Origin: Phoronis australis
Lineage: Eukaryota > Animalia > Phoronida
Assembly: GCA_002633005.1 (NCBI GenBank)
Contig: NMRA01000238.1
Location: 1 to 64,000, forward strand
Length of the DNA: 64,000 bases
Direction of reading: 5' to 3'
Shown in pieces: positions 63,201 through 64,000 of the stretch. The notes beneath the pieces are model-generated. The model did no database searches, was not told the DNA's origin, and saw nothing but the letters and a program-made list of their open reading frames with translations. Position 1 is the stretch's first letter, and the number at the start of each line of letters is the position of its first letter. A program made the position numbers and the translations under genes.

Positions 63201-64000
63201 CAATCTCACGAGCATCAATTGGACCTCTTGGTTTAGTGGGTGGTGCTAAAATGTATGAAGAGCTGTTATGAGAAGATTACACTAAAACCTAAGTTATGTT
63301 TCATCGAAAAAACAAAACAGGTGCTACAATAGCTTTAAGGCACTTTATTGATGATAGACAGTAGGAACTACTGGTTTCTATGACTGAGGTAGGATGATCA
63401 AGACAGACGTAAGAAGTGACCCCTGTTGGAGATGTAACTGAGATAAGTTAATTTAGCCAGACATAAGTATTGCCTCCTGTTGGGGGAATTACTGAGAAAG
63501 ATATAAGTAGTGCCTCCTGGAGAAAATAGACAGGATGACTTAGACAGTAGGGCTATGAGTCAGAAATAAGTAGCCCTTACTGTTGAAGATAAGGAGTATA
63601 CTTGGAGCTATGCTTGCCATGTCTTGTCTGCAATTCCTAAAATCAAACAACTGAGCTCGGAATGCAATGTGTAACTCAAGATGACACATCACTATCGTCC
63701 TTTTGGTAAAAAATGAAACTAAAACAATGAAGTCATTGATTACAACACGCTCTTAAGGAGAAAATTTCAGGAGTTATGCACAAATAGAACAAATCCACAT
63801 GCGAATTTTTCCAAGAACACAGCAAGTAACAAAAAATAACAGCAAGTAACACAAGGATGGTAAGCTCATTGGAAAATAATGAGGTGACAGATAATTCAAA
63901 CAATACAAGTAAGGAATTAAATTTAAAACTACTTAGAAACTGTTTACTAACAAAAGAGATTGAGTACTTACATAAAACATTGACCCTGAATGTACAAGAG
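12627..64000 (-). CDS. unc-22: Twitchin/projectin giant muscle Ser/Thr kinase, 3' portion (multi-exon; 5' part lies beyond 64000)
   Basis: Phase-consistent GT-AG exons encode FnIII/Ig repeats, a kinase (GSGAFG, VAK, HLDIKPEN, DFG, AAPE), an autoinhibitory tail (IPGSRYDTIRKRIHEKYKDWPDPMPAIGIIANFSS) and five C-terminal Ig domains, the canonical twitchin/projectin order. The symbol is the C. elegans orthologue name. Confidence 0.96.
12675..12879. repeat. 48-bp tandem repeat x4 overlapping the end of the last Ig exon
   Basis: Units start at 12681, 12729, 12777, 12825. Confidence 0.95.
13661..13942. mobile_element. MITE with CA termini and 5-bp TSD (hAT5-like)
   Basis: CATGTGCGCACCC ... GAGTGCATGCATG imperfect TIR; CTTAA on both flanks. 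Confidence 0.6.
14244..14354 (-). CDS. unc-22: twitchin exon, fifth post-kinase Ig N-half
   Basis: SDEPDSGPAVVTFPVSQNIKEGSMATFSCQLEGAEE; TTTTAG/GTCAG. Confidence 0.88.
16528..16725 (-). CDS. unc-22: twitchin exon, fourth post-kinase Ig C-half
   Basis: EPAPEVVWLHNGKEIKHSDEFRYE...EVFPEDAGVYSCEAFNAVGEAVSSCTVIVK. Confidence 0.94.
17483..17593 (-). CDS. unc-22: twitchin exon, fourth post-kinase Ig N-half
   Basis: VVAAVTSTEIAPTFKSHLSGKIANDGDPLTLDCRIS; pyrimidine tract + TAG, GTAAAT donor; in-frame alternative acceptors would start the exon at 17584 or 17578. Confidence 0.85.
17668..18018. mobile_element. Kolobok-type MITE
   Basis: TTAA TSD; TIR AAGGATACCAAACCTGGTTTT / AAAACAGGGTTTAGTATCCTT. Confidence 0.7.
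18485..18641 (-). CDS. unc-22: twitchin exon, third post-kinase Ig C-half
   Basis: NIDWDPLVKTTCRRGVCTLTIDEVLAEDSGEYTCQASNSAGTAKSTASLQVK. Confidence 0.92.
19163..19311 (-). CDS. unc-22: twitchin exon, third post-kinase Ig N-half
   Basis: RSSPQEVAAPPQFITNLEPVSLTEGECLNFTCKITGKPDPKVQWFRNGQ. Confidence 0.9.
23430..23722 (-). CDS. unc-22: Alternative terminal exon: Ser/Thr/Arg-rich 97-aa tail ending LKEF*
   Basis: TTTCAG acceptor in phase 1; open frame EKPWKRKLRGGASTTTSSYSSSS...SSTTLKEF-TAG; AATAAA on - strand at 23238-23243 and 21657-21662. Confidence 0.75.
24392..24545. repeat. Degenerate ~28-bp repeats containing copies of the adjacent donor
   Basis: TT(A)CAACTCACCRTYAAC recurs about five times. 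Confidence 0.75.
24537..24717 (-). CDS. unc-22: twitchin exon, second post-kinase Ig C-half
   Basis: IKWFHNGRDV...EDAGKYKCVATNSKGSIECVCTVEVN. Confidence 0.93.
25276..25417 (-). CDS. unc-22: twitchin exon, second post-kinase Ig N-half
   Basis: RALPEVEDYVPPPPCLPDFTFPLRSRFIQEGQDFKLTCTIECSPPPE. Confidence 0.92.
25840..26163. mobile_element. Tc1/mariner-type MITE
   Basis: TA TSD; TIR CAGAGTGTCGAAAAAATGTAGTCA / TGAGTACATTTTGGGACACCCTG. Confidence 0.7.
26255..27430. repeat. Decayed interspersed repeat with recurring CTTCATGAAGATC units (possibly non-autonomous Helitron/Helentron)
   Basis: (A)CTTCATGAAGATCCATCAA-like motif recurs near 26381, 26965, 27095, 27237 and 27282; family call is tentative. 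Confidence 0.35.
28500..29760 (+). pseudogene. BEL/Pao LTR-retrotransposon integrase remnant (intronic, antisense to twitchin)
   Basis: Broken frames give KHPVILPRKSHVT, HEKLAH..FW..C, FTFTGVDLFGPF, RRFLARRG..YSDN, FNPPAASHFG, NSRPI, LAPNHIL, KRWRR..LVNIFWSRW, KTATSVLHRPIHK. Confidence 0.88.
29883..30400 (+). mobile_element. Probable 3' LTR of the BEL/Pao element (end approximate)
   Basis: Purine tract GGAGGAAG then TG just after the integrase; T-rich body with AATAAA near 30378; no second LTR to confirm. Confidence 0.4.
31595..31637 (-). CDS. unc-22: twitchin 43-nt microexon, inter-Ig linker
   Basis: CAG/GTGAG; RGEQIVFERAPTPS; required to bridge phase 1 to phase 2 between the flanking exons. 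Confidence 0.82.
31972..32330. repeat. GACA-based ~20-bp minisatellite (ACAGACAGACAAGATATCA)
   Basis: Read directly; decays toward the exon at 32364. Confidence 0.9.
32364..32539 (-). CDS. unc-22: twitchin exon, first post-kinase Ig C-half
   Basis: SYAMTPLMQSAKHMMKYNGRMYELKV...DNGTYTVRAENSYGSKEASARININ. Confidence 0.93.
32977..33197 (-). CDS. unc-22: twitchin exon, autoinhibitory tail and first post-kinase Ig N-half
   Basis: KDWPDPMPAIGIIANFSSVKKNRGKEFQMYESSFDRREAVPRFVRLPSDQ...EPTITW. Confidence 0.94.
33364..33510. repeat. ~43-bp minisatellite x4 (TGTTGGGTGTGGAATAAC...)
   Basis: Read directly. Confidence 0.85.
34424..34480 (-). CDS. Candidate 57-nt cassette exon in the autoinhibitory tail (GIREWVLRRVSEELLDTIE)
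   Basis: Good acceptor (TTTCCTGTATCACCGTTCTCCAG), open phase 0-0 frame, GC-rich island in an AT-rich intron; donor GAG/GTTTTC is weak. Confidence 0.4.
35435..35558 (-). CDS. unc-22: twitchin exon, kinase end and first helix of the autoinhibitory tail
   Basis: SRMTVHQALDHPWLKDDHSQYDKRIPGSRYDTIRKRIHEKY. Confidence 0.94.
36523..36660. mobile_element. Short hAT-like MITE
   Basis: CAGGGTGGATCCAGG ... CCTAAATCCACCACTG; flanks TACGC/TACAC. Confidence 0.65.
37758..37910 (-). CDS. unc-22: twitchin kinase exon IX-XI, variant B (candidate mutually exclusive)
   Basis: 153 nt, phase 2-2, TTTCTAG/GTGAGT; LSGLSPFGGDDDYETLQNVAKCDWSFDEEEFQNVSSVARDFISKLLLRDVK. Confidence 0.9.
38037..38189 (-). CDS. unc-22: twitchin kinase exon IX-XI, variant A (candidate mutually exclusive)
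   Basis: 153 nt, phase 2-2, TATAG/GTAAGA; LSGLSPFAGDDDYDTLQNVSRCDWEFDADAFRHISDNGKDFISKLLLKKPA. Confidence 0.92.
38447..38646 (-). CDS. unc-22: twitchin kinase exon (VIb-IX)
   Basis: PENVICETKKSTKVKIIDFGLATKLDP...TTATAEFAAPE...YTDMWACGVLAYV. Confidence 0.95.
39260..39401 (-). CDS. unc-22: twitchin kinase exon (V-VIb)
   Basis: LAGGELFDRIADEDYKMSE...HMHENSIVHLDIK. Confidence 0.95.
39896..40099 (-). CDS. unc-22: twitchin kinase exon (subdomains I-V)
   Basis: GAFGVVHRCVEKSSGRVFVAKFI...EIGVMNNLHHQKLINLHDAFDDKNEMIVIME. Confidence 0.95.
40607..40700 (-). CDS. unc-22: twitchin exon, linker and kinase start
   Basis: KDLWAKHKPKPVDIKSGSVYDYYDILEELG. Confidence 0.93.
41229..41294 (-). CDS. unc-22: twitchin exon, kinase N-terminal linker
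   Basis: DEFGRKVRGTYDGPKIQNYDSF, 66 nt, TTTCAG/GTAAGT; resembles the G-K-x-RG...NYD linker of twitchin kinases. Confidence 0.87.
41656..41807 (-). CDS. unc-22: twitchin exon, pre-kinase FnIII C-half and linker start
   Basis: LTYMTVSSLTLDKEYEFRVSAANLYGWSEPCEPTNPIKTEQPANKKRGKE. Confidence 0.92.
43309..43474 (-). CDS. unc-22: twitchin exon, pre-kinase FnIII N-half
   Basis: DRPGPPRFLTIENIHDTSVNLSWKPPTHDGGSGVIEYMVERRE...ASNCR. Confidence 0.92.
43722..44024. mobile_element. Kolobok-type MITE, same family as 17668-18018, opposite orientation
   Basis: TTAA TSD; ends AATGACACTAAACCCTGTTTT / AAAACCGGGTTTGGTATCCTT. Confidence 0.7.
44348..44632 (-). CDS. unc-22: twitchin exon, Ig domain
   Basis: APPKIKVPARFQDVAVFDRGENVVIKLPFTGNPKP...DSGPYRLTLTNDLGSDTAIVKVQIN. 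Confidence 0.93.
44927..45099 (-). CDS. unc-22: twitchin exon, Ig C-half
   Basis: FKGTRELGESKKYEI...GEDADEYTVKATTNAGSRSSRAELVIK; TAG/GTGAG. Confidence 0.93.
45124..45250. repeat. (TAA)n microsatellite
   Basis: Read directly. Confidence 0.95.
45511..45622 (-). CDS. unc-22: twitchin exon, Ig N-half
   Basis: AKLPEVIRPLNKVQGTEGRSVKFECEIAGQPKPDIQW; CAG/GTAGG. Confidence 0.9.
46834..47139 (-). CDS. unc-22: twitchin exon, FnIII domain (duplicate copy A)
   Basis: Same 306 nt and peptide as 49286-49591; differences seen are synonymous. Confidence 0.7.
47323..47452 (-). CDS. unc-22: twitchin exon, FnIII C-part (duplicate copy A)
   Basis: Same 130 nt and peptide as 49787-49916. Confidence 0.7.
47729..47901 (-). 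CDS. unc-22: twitchin exon, FnIII N-part (duplicate copy A)
   Basis: Same 173 nt and peptide as 50193-50365. Confidence 0.7.
47947..48006 (-). other. Truncated duplicate of the Ig exon 45511-45622, cut by the N at 47946
   Basis: AKLPEVIRPLNKVQGTEGR identical to 45563-45622 and ends at the single N. Confidence 0.85.
49286..49591 (-). CDS. unc-22: twitchin exon, FnIII domain (copy B)
   Basis: DAPGAPTAPEVAEVGGDFVSLSWAKPSNDGGGKITGY...VVRDPK; 306 nt. Confidence 0.9.
49787..49916 (-). CDS. unc-22: twitchin exon, FnIII C-part (copy B)
   Basis: APSFDVQGLVENGEYLFRVAACNANGRGDWLEAPNSIIAKLPF. Confidence 0.9.
50193..50365 (-). CDS. unc-22: twitchin exon, FnIII N-part (copy B)
   Basis: TPGPCSGPLEASEITKNAAHLSWKPPRDDGGSKVTHYVVERKD...SRCK. 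Confidence 0.9.
50730..50819 (-). CDS. unc-22: twitchin exon, Ig C-part
   Basis: DVQKEDDGPYKVEIENDGGVTEVPLKLKVL; TAG/GTAAG. Confidence 0.9.
51757..51942 (-). CDS. unc-22: twitchin exon, Ig N-part
   Basis: APKVVSDIPDQKLEEGDTMKVKVHYRGDGPVKVRLLKNG...ATIVLQ; CAG/GTTAG. Confidence 0.88.
53031..53209 (-). CDS. unc-22: twitchin exon, Ig C-half
   Basis: FKNGVEI...DAGEYTCELSNPVGKETTSAPLTVK; CAG/GTAAT. Confidence 0.92.
53693..53804 (-). CDS. unc-22: twitchin exon, Ig N-half
   Basis: GKVPEFDKGMQAAKVPAGAEAQFTVNFSGEPSPTIRW; CAG/GTAAA. Confidence 0.9.
54094..54393 (-). CDS. unc-22: twitchin exon, FnIII domain
   Basis: KPGVPSTPRADRIGR...YEFRVAAINAAGTGDFSEP...KEKV; 300 nt, AAG/GTAAG. Confidence 0.9.
54679..54765. 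repeat. 42-bp tandem duplication
   Basis: TACTCTTTGTAATGACTGATCTAGCACRTGTATTATGAGAAC twice. Confidence 0.9.
54860..54973 (-). CDS. unc-22: twitchin exon, FnIII C-part
   Basis: VDGLTTDKEYEFRVRAKNQAGLSEPSSSTGLVKIRPKV; CAG/GTATG. Confidence 0.9.
55440..55607 (-). mobile_element. Degenerate tRNA-derived SINE-like relic
   Basis: A-box-like GCTCAGTGGT and B-box-like GGTTTAAAT at tRNA-like spacing, then a CCCCTGTGGGGTCGGTA core. Confidence 0.4.
55616..55894. repeat. 35-bp tandem repeat x8 spanning an exon/donor junction
   Basis: GTGCTTACCGGTATAGTTGGGCTCTCTACACACAG units at 55616, 55651 ... 55861. Confidence 0.95.
55869..56057 (-). CDS. unc-22: twitchin exon, FnIII N-part
   Basis: VPDAPGNLKI...WDRPRNNGGNKIQGYVIE...EPNYT; only the first of eight repeated donors keeps the frame. 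Confidence 0.9.
56676..56895 (-). CDS. unc-22: twitchin exon, FnIII C-part
   Basis: ETGGANVTNYRVEKMD...YKFRVMAENEHGVGDPLE...DHQF; TAG/GTGAG. Confidence 0.92.
57410..57870. repeat. ~30-bp minisatellite (GTAACCATGGGTAACTACTGTGTAATGTTACAGT)
   Basis: Read directly, about 15 degenerate units. Confidence 0.92.
57980..58062 (-). CDS. unc-22: twitchin exon, FnIII N-part
   Basis: APAKPVGPIDVSEITPDSCKLSWRPPL; CAG/GTAAG. Confidence 0.9.
59227..59392 (-). CDS. unc-22: twitchin exon, Ig C-half
   Basis: GVSQVYPDDRISF...DAGKYNVQLKNEKGVVSAVVNVII; CAG/GTGAG. Confidence 0.9.
60053..60171 (-). CDS. unc-22: twitchin exon, Ig N-half
   Basis: IPKISPEYLNFDVTAIAGKEFKVSIPYTGNPIPETTWNL; TAG/GTGAG. Confidence 0.9.
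60950..61101 (-). CDS. unc-22: twitchin exon, FnIII C-half
   Basis: ASTGEVLDPECTVKGLLNGRKYEFRVCAVNEAGPSPWS...ARAPP; CAG/GTACG. Confidence 0.9.
61680..61830. repeat. ~35-bp minisatellite (CAGTCTATGTTCATTGTGGGACATTCGTTCACAC)
   Basis: Read directly. Confidence 0.8.
62069..62219 (-). CDS. unc-22: twitchin exon, FnIII N-half
   Basis: [53 protein letters not shown]/GTAAG. Confidence 0.92.
62330..62445. repeat. 39-bp tandem repeat x3
   Basis: CCTCACAGTACAATGGGTCGGTGGTGTCCAGCAATAGAT units. Confidence 0.85.
62943..63245 (-). CDS. unc-22: twitchin exon, FnIII domain
   Basis: TTTAG acceptor, GTGAG donor, 303 nt; PPTKPRGPI...WKPPEDDGGDDITNY...YEFRVCAVN...ARHPF. Confidence 0.93.
63972..64000 (-). CDS. 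unc-22: twitchin exon (partial), end of an Ig domain
   Basis: SCTFRVNVL then GTAAGT donor, phase 1, fits the next exon. Confidence 0.8.

Noticed and set aside
32366-63249. Many + strand ORFs overlapping twitchin exons
   Set aside because: Antisense shadows of the real minus-strand coding exons.

Overview
AT-rich, intron-rich animal genomic DNA (an invertebrate, probably a lophotrochozoan; the species cannot be fixed from sequence). Nearly the whole window is the 3' part of one minus-strand twitchin/projectin (unc-22/bent family) gene, entering at 64000 and ending at about 12627, with a strong poly(A) signal at 8814-8819. About 45 GT-AG exons were joined by hand and all phases agree. They encode (Ig end)-Fn-Fn-Ig-Fn-Fn-Fn-Ig-Ig-Fn-Fn-Ig-Ig-Fn-linker-kinase-autoinhibitory tail-5xIg. 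The most interesting signal is an alternative-splicing system around the kinase that the ORF track misses. It comprises two tandem 153-nt paralogous kinase C-lobe exons (candidate mutually exclusive pair), a candidate 57-nt in-frame cassette exon placing an RRVS PKA-type motif in the autoinhibitory tail, a 43-nt frame-switch microexon, and an alternative Ser/Thr/Arg-rich terminal exon that removes the last three Ig domains. Several exon edges are also copied into neighbouring introns as tandem or degenerate 'echoes', including arrays of duplicated splice donors. A 2.4-kb tandem duplication around a single N is most likely an allelic assembly artefact. Introns and the flank hold DNA-transposon relics (hAT with 5-bp TSDs, pogo, Harbinger, Kolobok, Tc1/mariner), a BEL/Pao integrase remnant, a SINE-like relic and micro/minisatellites. 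No database searches were run; family calls rest on recognised motifs.
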